Positions 45,272 to 57,000 of a stretch of 64,000 nucleotides of DNA are shown piece by piece. The DNA is taken from contig DAONSX010000004.1 in the NCBI GenBank assembly GCA_035411425.1, positions 16,392 to 80,391 on the forward strand, read 5' to 3'. Both the position numbers and the translations under genes were made by a program. The notes below the pieces were generated by a model that saw nothing but the letters and a program-made list of their open reading frames with translations, did not search any database and was not told where the DNA came from. Source of the DNA: Bacteroidales bacterium (lineage in GTDB: Bacteria; Bacteroidota; Bacteroidia; Bacteroidales; TTA-H9). Numbering within the stretch: the stretch's first letter is position 1; each line of letters begins with the position of its first letter.

Positions 45272-46550
45272 CGAGTAAGGTTTCTAATTTATTTCCTCTA
45301 CTTCCTTTAATAAGTATAAAATATTGTTGAAGGGGTTCTTTTCTTAAATAATCTTTCAAGAGTGTTGCATTTTCGAAATGCATTGCTGTGGGTGGCAAGG
45401 CTATATCCGAGAAATTCTTTCCCACAAAAAATAATTTCTGAATGTTAGCCGAAGCAATCTTATCTACTATTGCCTGATGTTCTTTCTTTGATTCCAATCC
45501 CAGTTCAAGCATTTCACCCAAAATTGCTGCCTTAGGCGACTCGAAGCGAGAGACGAAATTAGTGATGGCAGCCTCCATACTCGAAGGATTGGCATTATAG
45601 GCATCCATCACTAACTTATTGTGTTGAGTTTTGATGAACTGAGAACGGAAATTACTAGGACGATAATTCTTGATGGCCTCACATATCTTATCGTCTTCCA
45701 CTCCAAAATAATTTCCAATGCAAGCTGCCGCGAGGATATTTGGAAGATTGTAGGCACCAACTAACTGGGTGTGCAGCAAATAATCCCTGTTTAAAATTCT
45801 CAGGCTCACTTTCAGATAACCTGTGGTATCTACTATATCTCCTTTTACAGCGCTTGAGTCAGAATTGTACAATATTCGACGAAGATTGCTGCTTTTGGTC
45901 AAAAGCAGTTCATCCTTGCCGTTTACAAAAGCCAATCCATTGGATAGGGCTAAAAATTTATATAATTCGGTTTTTGCCCTAATAACCCCTTCTAAATTCC
46001 CAAATCCTTCCAGATGTGCCTTGCCAATATTCGTGATAAGGCCATAATCGGGCTGCACTATCTCACATAAAAAGGTAATTTCGCCTAAATGATTTGCTCC
46101 CATTTCGATGATGGCAAATTCTGTGTCGGCTTGAATGGATAATAAAGTCAATGGAACCCCAATGTGATTATTTAAATTCCCGGAGGTAGCCTTTATCCGA
46201 TATTTTCCCGATAGAACACTCGAAATCAATTCTTTGGTGGTTGTTTTCCCATTAGAACCCGTAATGGCAATTACTGGAATCTGAAAATGCTTGCGGTGAA
46301 ACTGTGCAAGTTGTTGTAAGGTGGTTAAGGCATCGGGAACATAATAAAAATTTCGAAGAGCTATTTTTTCGGGATCATCTATAACTACAGCAATGGCACC
46401 ATTTTCAAGAGCAATTTCGGCAAAATCGTTACCATCGAAGTTTTCTCCCCTCAAGGCAAAAAACAATTGACCCACTTCCAATTTTCTCGAGTCGGTACAA
46501 ATACCCTTCGAAGACAGATATAAGCGATAGAGTTCTTCCATGTTTTCCAT
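45261..46550 (-). CDS. murF: UDP-N-acetylmuramoyl-tripeptide--D-alanyl-D-alanine ligase
   Basis: TDSRKL, FFALRGENFDGNDF, ITGSNGKTTTKE and DAYNANPSSM motifs. The start is probably the ATG at 46550 or 46541 rather than the track start at 46574. Confidence 0.9.
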   Translation of the reverse strand: MENMEELYRLYLSSKGICTDSRKLEVGQLFFALRGENFDGNDFAEIALENGAIAVVIDDPEKIALRNFYYVPDALTTLQQLAQFHRKHFQIPVIAITGSNGKTTTKELISSVLSGKYRIKATSGNLNNHIGVPLTLLSIQADTEFAIIEMGANHLGEITFLCEIVQPDYGLITNIGKAHLEGFGNLEGVIRAKTELYKFLALSNGLAFVNGKDELLLTKSSNLRRILYNSDSSAVKGDIVDTTGYLKVSLRILNRDYLLHTQLVGAYNLPNILAAACIGNYFGVEDDKICEAIKNYRPSNFRSQFIKTQHNKLVMDAYNANPSSMEAAITNFVSRFESPKAAILGEMLELGLESKKEHQAIVDKIASANIQKLFFVGKNFSDIALPPTAMHFENATLLKDYLRKEPLQQYFILIKGSRGNKLETLLDVL

Positions 46551-46554
46551 GCCG

Positions 46555-46562
46555 CAAATATA
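46555..46562 (-). promoter_or_regulatory. candidate -7 promoter box (TATATTTG) for murF-anmK
   Basis: TAnnTTTG on the minus strand, 4 nt upstream of the ATG at 46550 and 13 nt upstream of the ATG at 46541. It would imply a near-leaderless mRNA. Confidence 0.25.
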
Positions 46563-47115
46563 TTTAGAATACATTGGATGAATATGATGTTTAGAATAAT
46601 GATAAATTATTTAAAAGAGAAATGATATTGGAATGTTAAGCTGCTCAAAATAAAAAAGGTTGATGAATTTATTTTAATCTTCAAAGAAATTGTTTTTGTT
46701 GGATTTGATTTATTCATTTAAGAGTAATTCATGAAAGGTTAAATTTTAAAGATGATTAACTCATAAAATAATGAAATTTAGTTACTTATGGTGAATTTGA
46801 GCTGATTAACATTCGGTTTAAGTTTGAGCAATTTACTGGAGTTATTTACGGGTATAAAACTTTCCATCAGGAAATGTTAATTGGTTAGAAGAAATTTTTC
46901 AGCATTCAGAATTTTTTAAGTTCTACAAACGGCACCATATAAATGGCCGTTGGAATGTTTTTGTTAATAAATAATTTATGTTGAAAATTCTCAAGCATGA
47001 ATTTAAAAATTTAAACATGGAATGATTAGAGAGTAAATTGTTTTCCGAGGGAAGAACATTCAGGGAAGGGGGATGATATGCATCACATTTTTTGTCATTA
47101 ACATTCGTTTTATCC

Positions 47116-47150
47116 AATAAAAAAATGCCATGAAATTATATCATGGCATT
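47116..47150 (-). terminator. rho-independent terminator of gldJ
   Basis: Perfect 10-bp stem AATGCCATGA/TCATGGCATT with a 7-nt loop, followed on the minus strand by a T-run. It lies 65 nt after the gldJ stop. Confidence 0.75.
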
Positions 47151-47214
47151 TAATGATGCAGAAAAAATCAGCAGCATTACAGATGAGGAATCATCTCAAT
47201 GGATAATTATTGCA

Positions 47215-48846
47215 TTAATATTCGATGTTTTCCGAAGTTGTTCCGACTCTATCCATAGCGCAGCGGAAGCCTATGTAGTCGGTGCTGAGGTTTTCTTCGA
47301 GGAAGCGGCGCACGCTTGGGCTGAGAAAATAGGCTCCATCCTTCCACGATCCGCCTTTATAGACTCGTGAACGGTCGGTGATGAGGCTTGTAGCACCTTC
47401 TCCGAATTTATTTTCGGCAGGATTCCATTCTCCATTATAATACATTTTGTTGGTGGCCTGTTCATTATTTCCGACTTCTTTCCATCGCTGTGCTGCATCC
47501 ACATTGGAAGCTTGGCTCAATGAAGCCCAGTCGCCATCGAGGTAATTTCGATTGTCGGCGGTACGATAATTACGACGGAATGGTAATGTAGGATCGATTT
47601 GAGAATCCACAGGGCGGCGTTTAAAACGTCCAAAGTTCTCATTGGGGGTTCCATCGGGTTTGATAACTTCTCTATCTATCTGGAACTTGCCCTGGCCAGC
47701 CAGTTCAGGAGCGGTAAAGATATTTCCACGGAAAGGTTCCAGTTCGCTAAAGTCTTCAAAAGAAGACGGACGATAAACATCGAGCACCCATTCGGCTACA
47801 TTGCCAGCCATGTTGTAGAGTCCGTAGTCATTAGGATAGTAAGAGATGACAGGAGCGGGAATATCGGCTGCGTCGTTGAGACTTCCGGCAACACCCATAT
47901 AATCGCCATGTCCACGGCGGAAATTGGCTGCAAATTGCCCATAATCGGCTTCTTTGGGAGAATTAATGCGGGTAAAATTTCCGTTCCAAGGATAAATTCT
48001 TCTCTCTTTGATATTTTCGAATTCCGTATTTCCGATGAGGCCTAAAGCGGCAAATTCCCATTCGGCTTCCGTGGGGAGGCGGTAGTTGGGCAAAACGATG
48101 CCATCTTCCATTCTTACCCTGCGTTTAGCTCCTTTCTTGTTCGTACTGAGATCGGGTAAACCCAGTGTATCTCCTTTCAAAGTATCTCCTTTAGTAAAGA
48201 AACCTCCCAGATAAGATTCAGTAGTAAAAAAGTCATTAACATCGTAATCGGTATCGAGATGATAGACGCCCGCTTTATAAAGCAACATTTCGTTTACCCG
48301 GTCGGTTCGCCAGCGGCAATATTCATTGGCCTGCAGCCAACTAACACCTACCACAGGATAATCGCGATAGGCAGGATGACGCAGGTAAAGGTTTACCATA
48401 GGTTCGTTATAAGCCAGTCGGTCGCGCCAAACCAGAGTATCAGGCAGTTGCTTTACATAATACTCCTGATACTGTTGATTATTGGTTTGATAAAAGACTT
48501 TTTTCACCCAGTAGAGAAATTCGAGGTAATGAAGGTTACTTACTTCGGTTTGGTCCATATAGAAAGTACGGACGGTAACTCGTCGCGGGGTATTGTTCCA
48601 TTCGCCCATTACATTATCCTGAGTAGCACCCATGACGAAGGTTCCACCTTCGATCAGAATAAGGCCCGGGCCATTGGGTTGCCCTTTAAAATCGAATTTT
48701 TCGAATCCACCTTGGGTTGGGTCGTTGTAATTCCAGCCAGTTGCTGTAGATTGTTCCTTATTTTTACGAAACATACTACACGATGAAAATCCAGCCACTA
48801 GGATCACAATGACGAATAAAGCTGCAATTTTATAAAACTTAACCAT
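47215..48846 (-). CDS. gldJ: gliding motility / T9SS lipoprotein GldJ
   Basis: Lipobox (VAGFSSC), GWNYNDPTQGGFE, and an FGE/SUMF1-like domain throughout; 543 aa. Confidence 0.9.
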   Translation of the reverse strand: MVKFYKIAALFVIVILVAGFSSCSMFRKNKEQSTATGWNYNDPTQGGFEKFDFKGQPNGPGLILIEGGTFVMGATQDNVMGEWNNTPRRVTVRTFYMDQTEVSNLHYLEFLYWVKKVFYQTNNQQYQEYYVKQLPDTLVWRDRLAYNEPMVNLYLRHPAYRDYPVVGVSWLQANEYCRWRTDRVNEMLLYKAGVYHLDTDYDVNDFFTTESYLGGFFTKGDTLKGDTLGLPDLSTNKKGAKRRVRMEDGIVLPNYRLPTEAEWEFAALGLIGNTEFENIKERRIYPWNGNFTRINSPKEADYGQFAANFRRGHGDYMGVAGSLNDAADIPAPVISYYPNDYGLYNMAGNVAEWVLDVYRPSSFEDFSELEPFRGNIFTAPELAGQGKFQIDREVIKPDGTPNENFGRFKRRPVDSQIDPTLPFRRNYRTADNRNYLDGDWASLSQASNVDAAQRWKEVGNNEQATNKMYYNGEWNPAENKFGEGATSLITDRSRVYKGGSWKDGAYFLSPSVRRFLEENLSTDYIGFRCAMDRVGTTSENIEY

Positions 48847-48882
48847 TTTTGGAATGATTTTCTTCTTTTTTTGATAGGGTTA

Positions 48883-48890
48883 CAAAATTA
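48883..48890 (-). promoter_or_regulatory. candidate -7 promoter box (TAATTTTG) for gldJ
   Basis: TAnnTTTG on the minus strand, 36 nt upstream of the ATG at 48846, in the 46-nt gap after porP/sprF. Confidence 0.4.
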
Positions 48891-48892
48891 GA

Positions 48893-49894
48893 TTAAAAAC
48901 TTGGACACGGCATAGGTTCGTTTTTCCTTCTGCTTTGCTCAGGACTAGTGAATTGAAAAGTAAACGAAATCTCATGAGCTCCTCCTGTAACATTTTTGAG
49001 TTTTGAAACGGTGATATCATAACTATACCCCAGTTTAAACGAACTTTGTTGAAATCCTAACAGGAAAATAAACGCATCGGGGTTTTCGAAATTGTGTCGA
49101 AACCATGTTCCAACAACGAATGGGTATTTATTGAGGTATAATCCTACATTGAGCTGTTTGAAATTTTGTTGCTGTTGGTACAGAACATTAGGTGAAAGCG
49201 TCATGGCTTCCATACTTCTTCGGCCGCGGGTGCGGGGTTCAAGATCGAAGATTCCCCCGGCATGAAGCGTCCATTTGCGGGGTAATACAGTACTGTTGTC
49301 GTTATACCAGCCGTCGTAAGGTTGTGTAAGGTGATTTACCGATAAGCCACCAAAAAATACGTCTCGGTAGGTATAGGTCAAACCTGCAGAAAAATCGAGA
49401 AAGGAAATGCTGTATTTATCAGGTGAGGGCTCACTTGTGGGATATATCTGGCCATATACCGGATGAAACATATCTCCAAATGTCAGATTCAACCAATCGA
49501 GCTTGCGCTGATAGTAACTCCCCTGTAAGCCTGCATTAATGTATGAATTTCGCGATATTTTCAGGTTGTACGAATAAAGGCCACTCACCGTTGTAGTGGT
49601 TATCATGCCCGATCCAGCTCTGTCGGTATTGAAAATAATACCGAAGCTGCTATTGATGTCGGGAACATATTGATCGTAAGAGGCATTATAGGTTACAAAA
49701 TTATCAGCCAAAGATGGCCACTGATTCCGATAATTCAAAGTTAGCCTTGGACTGAAGGCCGAACCAGTCAAAGAGGGATTGAGATACAAAGGATTGGCAT
49801 AAAATTGTGAAAACGTCGGATCTTGGCCCTTCATGTCAATACCTATTATACTGAGAACCAGAATCATGCTAAAGATGTAGCTTTTCCTTCTCAT
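48893..49894 (-). CDS. porP: T9SS outer-membrane protein, PorP/SprF family
   Basis: Hallmark N-terminus QDPTFSQFYANPLYLNPSLTG after a signal peptide; beta-barrel-like alternating sequence. The ATG at 49894 is preferred over the track start at 49933. Confidence 0.85.
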   Translation of the reverse strand: MRRKSYIFSMILVLSIIGIDMKGQDPTFSQFYANPLYLNPSLTGSAFSPRLTLNYRNQWPSLADNFVTYNASYDQYVPDINSSFGIIFNTDRAGSGMITTTTVSGLYSYNLKISRNSYINAGLQGSYYQRKLDWLNLTFGDMFHPVYGQIYPTSEPSPDKYSISFLDFSAGLTYTYRDVFFGGLSVNHLTQPYDGWYNDNSTVLPRKWTLHAGGIFDLEPRTRGRRSMEAMTLSPNVLYQQQQNFKQLNVGLYLNKYPFVVGTWFRHNFENPDAFIFLLGFQQSSFKLGYSYDITVSKLKNVTGGAHEISFTFQFTSPEQSRRKNEPMPCPSF

Positions 49895-50171
49895 AATCTT
49901 TATGATATAAAAAGTGATTTCTTCGGTACACAAAACGATCCAACAATATTACGAATTTTTTTTATAAGCATCATTTGTTAAAAAAAATTCAAACTTTTTT
50001 TCAACAATAAGGCTCTGTAAAGAACGTTAAAAAACCTGAATAGTATCCCTACTGGAAAGATTTTTAGAGAAGAATTTCTTTCGATCGATAAAATTTTGAG
50101 GTGGAAATGCACAATTTTGTCTCGATTTTGTTTAAACTTTCGAAGGGATACTTTCCCAAACTTATTTGCCC

Positions 50172-53100
50172 ATGACATTAAGATTCAACCTATTGATTTT
50201 TGTTTGTGTGTGTGGACTCATTTTCGAAAGTTTCGCCCAAACTTCAAGTTCGTCCCAAAATATCACGCTGAAATGGGATAATTATAGTCTGAAAGATACT
50301 CTTTCGGGAAATCAAAGAACCATCCTGTATTTTCATGATGCTACTAACCTTTACGAAACCGGAGGCCTCCCCATATTCATTCAAAGGATTCCTTTGAAGC
50401 AATTATCCGACAGCATTTTCGTGAAGATATTCCCTTTAATTTCGGGAGAAGACAACTCCACTGATGTCGTCTCGTCAGAGTTTCTAAACAATGAATATCA
50501 ATTCTTTATAAAAAAATTAGAAATCAATGGAAAGGCCTATGGTCAGGTTGGAATATTACCAGTACGCATACATCCTATCCATAACAAAATCGAGGTTCTC
50601 GAAAAGTTTCATTTAGAAATCACTGTGAAAGAACAGGCTTTTCAAAATTTTCCCCAGTTGAAAATGGGTACTATTCAATCGGTTTTGAGCCAGGGCGAAT
50701 GGTACAAGATTCAGATTGCCGAAACAGGCATTTACAAAATATCCTTTGAAACACTTCAGTCGCAGGGAATCAATCTAAGTGGAATCGACCCACGAAACAT
50801 TCACATCCATGGCAATGGCGGCAGGGTGCTTCCCGAAGCCAATAATATGACTCGTTATGATGATTTGATGGAAATGAGTATTTATATTTTTGGCGAAGAA
50901 GACGGGAAATTCGATCCCGGTGATTATATTCTTTTTTATGCCCAAGGCCCTGGTTCGTGGGCTTTCAATACCCAAACAAAACGTTTTCAGTTCGATAAAC
51001 ATCCTTATTCCGATTTCGCTTATTGTTATATTACCATCAACAATTCTAAAGGGAAAAGAATACAATTAAATCCACTTCCAGAGGTCGAAGCCACTCAAAC
51101 CATAACCACTTTTACGGCTTATATTCATCATGAAGAAGACTTGATCAATCTTGGTAAAAGTGGAAGGCAATGGTATGGTGAATCCTTCGATATACAAAAC
51201 ACGATGAATTTCGCGATTTCCCTCGAGGGAGTGGTTAACGGAAGCCGTGTTTTACTCGAATCGGCTGTGGTCGCAAGTTCTTATTCTATCAGCAATATGA
51301 AGATTTCAGTGGGAGAAACTCCTTTCCTTGTTCAAACTATTTCTCCTATTCCTCCCCCTTCTCTCGATTCAGATTATGGGAAAAGAAGCATAGACACAGC
51401 TTCATTTAAAGCCAATAGTACAACGGTTTCACTTTCCTATAAATATATCAAGCCTTTGAATTCTTCTCAGGCCTGGCTCGATTATTTTACCATTAACTAT
51501 CAACGTAATCTGAGTTTTTCGGGTTCACAGATGAGCTTTCGTAAACCCATGCATTATTCGAGTACCCAAGTTGTACGATATAAGATAGGAAATGCCAGCC
51601 AGAACATTCAGATATGGGAGGTGACCAATGCCTTACGGCCTATGAGGATGCAAACCCAGCTTGCGGGAAATACGCTTACTTTCGATTCGAAAAACGATAC
51701 CTTGCGTGAATTTATCGCTTTTGACGGAAACAAATTTCTAAACCCGACTTTTATTGGTAAAGTTCCAAATCAAAATCTTCATGGGATGATCGATGCAGAT
51801 TATATCATCATAAGCCATCCCGATTTCTTGTCACAAGCTCAGGAACTTGCTAATATCCATGAATCAGAAAATCAATTCAATGTAAAAATTGTAACTCCCG
51901 AGATGGTTTACAATGAATTTTCGTCGGGCATACAAGATCCAAGCGCCATTCGTGATTTTATGAGGCATTTGAGGTTGAGTTCGGGCAACATTCGTAAACC
52001 AGCATATCTTCTACTATTTGGAGACGCCTCTTACGATTATAAAGACCGCATTCAGGGAAATACCAACTTTGTACCCACTTACCAATCGGACGAATCCTTA
52101 AATCCTTCTTATTCTTTTGCTACAGATGATTATTTTACCTTTCTCGACCAAAGCGAAGGGAAAGGTGGAGGTGGAACTCCCGATCTATGTGTTGGCCGAA
52201 TACCCGTTTTCACCCAGCAACAAGCCGATGATTATATGAAAAAATTCAAACAATATATCAGTGTGAGCACGACTTCAATGGGAGAATGGCGCACCAATCT
52301 TTGTTTTGTTGCCGACGATGAAGACAATAATTCGCATTTACGCCAAGCCGATGGCCTTGCCAATTTTATCGACACTACATATCCTCATTTCAACATTGAC
52401 AAGATTTTCCTCGATGCTTACGATCAAATTACTACACCCGGTGGCCAACGATATCCGGATGTAAATAAAGATATCACACAGCGCATCGAAAACGGACTCC
52501 TCATCATCAATTACACGGGCCATGGTGGTGAGCTGGGCTGGGCTCATGAGCGAATCCTCGAAATTAGTGATATAAATTCATGGAATAACTTCTATAAACT
52601 ACCTCTGTTTATTACTGCCACCTGCGAATTCAGCCGCTATGACGATCCCCAACGCGTTTCGGCAGGAGAATATGTTTTCCTAAATCCAAAGGGAGGAGGC
52701 ATTGCATTATTTACTACATCACGATTGACCTACGGTGGTTCTAATATAACTCTTAACCAAAATTTTTACAAATATGCATTCGAACGAACGAATGGCCAAT
52801 ACCGTACCTTGGGCGAGATTATCATGATTGCCAAGCAAAAAAGCGGTTCCGACCTGAATTGGATAAAATTCATTTTGCTCGGTGATCCAGCACTAAAACT
52901 TGCCTATCCCGAGAATAAAGTTAGTGCACTTACTATCAACAATACTTCGATCGAAATTTCTACCGACACCCTCAAGGCTCTGTCGAATGTTTCCATAACT
53001 GGCGAAGTTACCGATCCTCTAAGCTATCCATTACATAAATTCAATGGAACCGTTACGACCACCATTTTCGATAAGGTCTCGCTCATCAAAACCAAGGCAA

Positions 53101-53999
53101 ATGACCCGGAAAGTAAACCTACTACCTTTGCATTGAGAAAGAATATCATTTATAAAGGTTTATCGGAAGTTAAAAATGGTAAGTTTTACATGAATTTTAT
53201 CGTACCAAAAGACATTGAATACAAAATTGGCGAAGGCAAAATTTGCTTTTATGCATGCAGCGACAAGGATGATGCGGCCGGTTACTTCGCACCTGTTTAT
53301 GTTGGTGGAATCAATACCAACGCCCAAATCGACAATACACCTCCCTCTATTCATTTATTTATGAATGATCTGAATTTCAAAGATGGAGGAATTACCGATG
53401 AAAACTCTGTCCTGCTCGCCTTTATTTCCGATGAAAACGGAATAAATACCGTAGGTAGCGGCATTGGCCACGATATTGTGGCCATCCTCGACAACAATTC
53501 GAACAATCCCCTCATCCTGAATAATTATTACAAATCAGATCTAAATACCTACACCAGTGGAAGTATTGCTTATCCCTTGTTTAATCTCGAAGAAGGGGAT
53601 CACGAAATACGCCTCACGGCATGGGACGTTTATAACAATTCGGCCACATCCAAACTGAAATTCACCGTGAAAAATTCTGCTTCCTTCATTATTTCGAATC
53701 TATATAATTATCCTAACCCTTTTTATGATAAAACTTATTTTGTTTTTGAGCATAATAAGAGCTCAGAAGAAATGCAGGTCGAAATAAGGATAATGGATAT
53801 TTATGGCCGGGTTGTCAAAACTATTGCTCATACTATTTTCTTTACAGGATACTGTAGCCAACCCATCGAGTGGGATGGTGCCTCGGACAACGGAAAAAGA
53901 CTAAGCCAGGGAATTTATATTTATCAATTGACGTTAACCGACTCGAAAGGAAACGCTCGACAAAAAAGCGGCAAACTCATGATTTCGAAAAATCAATAA
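50172..53999 (+). CDS. porU: T9SS C-terminal signal peptidase/sortase PorU (peptidase C25 family), copy 1
   Basis: 1275 aa with a signal peptide. C25 catalytic region INYTGHGGELGW (His) and LFITATCEFSRYDDP (Cys). Retained CTD NYPNPFYDKTYFVFEH...GIYIYQL. The track start at 50166 is TTG. Confidence 0.9.
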   Translation: MTLRFNLLIFVCVCGLIFESFAQTSSSSQNITLKWDNYSLKDTLSGNQRTILYFHDATNLYETGGLPIFIQRIPLKQLSDSIFVKIFPLISGEDNSTDVVSSEFLNNEYQFFIKKLEINGKAYGQVGILPVRIHPIHNKIEVLEKFHLEITVKEQAFQNFPQLKMGTIQSVLSQGEWYKIQIAETGIYKISFETLQSQGINLSGIDPRNIHIHGNGGRVLPEANNMTRYDDLMEMSIYIFGEEDGKFDPGDYILFYAQGPGSWAFNTQTKRFQFDKHPYSDFAYCYITINNSKGKRIQLNPLPEVEATQTITTFTAYIHHEEDLINLGKSGRQWYGESFDIQNTMNFAISLEGVVNGSRVLLESAVVASSYSISNMKISVGETPFLVQTISPIPPPSLDSDYGKRSIDTASFKANSTTVSLSYKYIKPLNSSQAWLDYFTINYQRNLSFSGSQMSFRKPMHYSSTQVVRYKIGNASQNIQIWEVTNALRPMRMQTQLAGNTLTFDSKNDTLREFIAFDGNKFLNPTFIGKVPNQNLHGMIDADYIIISHPDFLSQAQELANIHESENQFNVKIVTPEMVYNEFSSGIQDPSAIRDFMRHLRLSSGNIRKPAYLLLFGDASYDYKDRIQGNTNFVPTYQSDESLNPSYSFATDDYFTFLDQSEGKGGGGTPDLCVGRIPVFTQQQADDYMKKFKQYISVSTTSMGEWRTNLCFVADDEDNNSHLRQADGLANFIDTTYPHFNIDKIFLDAYDQITTPGGQRYPDVNKDITQRIENGLLIINYTGHGGELGWAHERILEISDINSWNNFYKLPLFITATCEFSRYDDPQRVSAGEYVFLNPKGGGIALFTTSRLTYGGSNITLNQNFYKYAFERTNGQYRTLGEIIMIAKQKSGSDLNWIKFILLGDPALKLAYPENKVSALTINNTSIEISTDTLKALSNVSITGEVTDPLSYPLHKFNGTVTTTIFDKVSLIKTKANDPESKPTTFALRKNIIYKGLSEVKNGKFYMNFIVPKDIEYKIGEGKICFYACSDKDDAAGYFAPVYVGGINTNAQIDNTPPSIHLFMNDLNFKDGGITDENSVLLAFISDENGINTVGSGIGHDIVAILDNNSNNPLILNNYYKSDLNTYTSGSIAYPLFNLEEGDHEIRLTAWDVYNNSATSKLKFTVKNSASFIISNLYNYPNPFYDKTYFVFEHNKSSEEMQVEIRIMDIYGRVVKTIAHTIFFTGYCSQPIEWDGASDNGKRLSQGIYIYQLTLTDSKGNARQKSGKLMISKNQ

Positions 54000-54027
54000 A
54001 CTTTGCTCATAATACACCATATTTTCG

Positions 54028-57000
54028 ATGACTTATAAAAACATAACTCGCCTGTTCTTCGTCTTTGCTCTTGTTTTTCATGTTTTCTCCGTCTCAGCTC
54101 AACGAAGGATTCTACATTGGGAAACATTACAAACAACTACTGACACTACCTTGAATTTATGGTTGCAAGAGGCTGCCTATATAAATGACTCATTGAATGT
54201 TCCCGTTTATCTGGAAGAAATACCTCTTCCAGTTGGGAGCAACGGCCTCGAATATAATCTGAAGGAAGTGTATTTCGAAAAACTCGAATCGAAAATTAGT
54301 GGGATAGGAACCGAGATAAAAATCAATGTAACTATCGTTACCGAATGCAAGCAGAAAAAAGCAAGGATAACTTTTATTCCATTGAGGATTAATCCTGAAA
54401 ATGGACAATCCGAAAAACTTGTTTCGTTCGAGCCTTCCATTAATTTTACGACAGATAAGGAAGTCCAATTCCCTGCTTCAGATTTCGCAAGCAGCTCATT
54501 ACTCGCCTCAGGGAAATGGTATAAAATAGGAGTTGCCCAAACAGGAATCTATAGAATCACTTATCATGACTTAAAAAAGTGGGGAGTGAATCCCGATCAA
54601 ATAGATCCTCGAACCATTTCACTCCATGGATTTGGTGGAAGATTACTTCCCGAATCGAATCTACAAAAAACACAGGATGATTTACCTCCAGTAGCCATCG
54701 AAGTTATAGGCGAAGAAGATGGTATTTTCAACCCCGACGATTATATCCTTTTCTATGGGGAAAACCCGCATAAATGGACACTCAATGTTTTGGGGCAGAA
54801 ACTTACTCATCAAACCAATATATATGAAGATACTACCTATTATTATTTAACCTATGGAATACAAAACCCTGCACGCATCGAGGATTTCATTCCTCCTACG
54901 CTTTCTATAACCCATAAGATAGATTATTTTACTTATCCACTTTTACACGAGAAAAACGAACAACACCTCACTAAAAGCGGGAAAGAATGGTATGGCGAAA
55001 CCTTCAACGAAAACAGCCGCCAGAATTTTACTTTTATAGTTCCCGATCATAAGGTCGGTGAAAAAGGAATTATCGAATTGGAGGTTGCCGGACGTTCTTA
55101 TGAAGCAAACTCATTTGTATTGTCATATAATGAGCAGGATCTAGCGACTATCCCTTTGGCTGGTATTAGTGGCAATTTGATGAGTCAATTATACGCCCGC
55201 AAGGGGAAAGCACTATTGAATTTTACTCCTCAATCGGATACGATTATTCTCGACTTGACTCATGTAAAGAACCATCCTTACAGCATCGGCTATCTTAAAT
55301 ACATCGAAGTAAATGTGATACGACAATTGATTTTTAGAGGGCCTCAAATGCTTTTCAACTATCTTCCAAGACCCCAGACCGGTCAAATTCCCGAAATTTC
55401 GGTTCAAACTACTCAACCTGATTTAAAAATCTGGTTGGTCGACAATTTGTTTCAGCCTCAGAACATCCCATTGCAAAATACCGACACTTCGGTCTATTTT
55501 AAGATACAATCTTACAATGGACACTATTTCATAGCTTTTGATGGTAGTTCATACTATTCTCCCTCCTTTATCGAAGAAGTGCCCAATCAGAACCTTCATG
55601 CTTTACAGCCTGCCGAATTCATCATTGTGAGTCCGAAAGTATTGATGAACCAGGCGAAACGTCTGGCACAAATTCATCAAAATAGAGAAGGGATAGGTAC
55701 TTTAACCGTAGATGTGAAAGAGATTTACAATGAATTTTCGTCGGGTGCAAAGGATCCTTCAGCTATTCGTAACTTCATGCGAATGCTGTATGAACGCGCA
55801 CAACCCGGCGAAGAACCCCATTACCTTCTTCTTTTCGGCGATGGAAGCTACGATCCCAAACATAGAATACCTGGAAACAAATGGCATATCCCTACCTTTC
55901 AATCTCAGGAAAGTTTAGAGATGTCATCTTCTTTCGTATGTGACGATTTTTATGGCCTTTTAGACCCTGAAGAAGGACTAGATGCTTATGGAGCGATAGA
56001 TGTGGGTGTTGGGCGATTCCCTGTATATACTATCGAAGAAGCAAAAAATATGGTAGATAAGATTGAAAATTACTTCAAAGAAGGTCCTCCCGCCATGCTC
56101 CCATGGAAGAACACGTTCTGCTTTATAGCCGACGATGAGAATGGAAACGAACATGTAAAGGGAGCAGAAAAGCTTGCTAATATCGTAGATACTTCTTCTT
56201 CGATAATTAACGTTAACAAAATTTATATAGATGCTTACAAACAGTATAGCACCTCTAATGGCGACAAATATCCCGATGTCAACAAGGCTATTACCGATCA
56301 GGTGAACGAAGGAGCTCTGTTTATCAACTATACCGGTCATGGAGGAGAAACCGGATGGGCAGATGAAAATATTCTTACAGTGCCCGAAATTTTTAATTGG
56401 AACAACAAGGGGAAAATGCCCATCTTTATTACTGCTACTTGCCAGTTTAGTCGCTATGATGATCCGGAGCGGGTTTCGGCTGGCGAACATGTCATACAAT
56501 ACAACAACAAAGGTGGCGTCGCCTTGTTTACAACTACACGTCTAACATTTTCACATACAAACAATTTCTTGAATCAGGCCTTCTATGTCTCGTTATTTGA
56601 ACAGCTCAAGTCAGGCAATATACCTCATATGGGAGACCTCATCCGGATGTCGAAGAACAAAAACAACAACAATATATCGATCCGAAATTTCAGTTTATTG
56701 GGAGACCCTGTACTTATACCGGCCTTTCCTCGATATTCTATCAAAACGACACATATCAATGATATTCCCATCGAATATTTCATCGATACCTTGAGAGGTT
56801 GCCAAAAAGTGAAAATAAGCGGAGAAATTGTAGATGAACAAGAAAATATTCTTTCAAACTTCAACGGAAAGATTTTCGTCTCGGTCTTCGATAAGAAAGC
56901 CACTATTCGGACGCTTGGGAACGATCCGAATACTACACCCATGTCTTTTACGATCCAGAATAAGCGAATTGCTCATACCATCTCTAAAGTAATAAATGGA

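Noticed and set aside
46923-47117. 64-aa minus-strand ORF in the gldJ-murF spacer
   Set aside because: It is AT-rich with no motif, it lies just downstream of the gldJ terminator (47116-47150), and no promoter box is associated with it.
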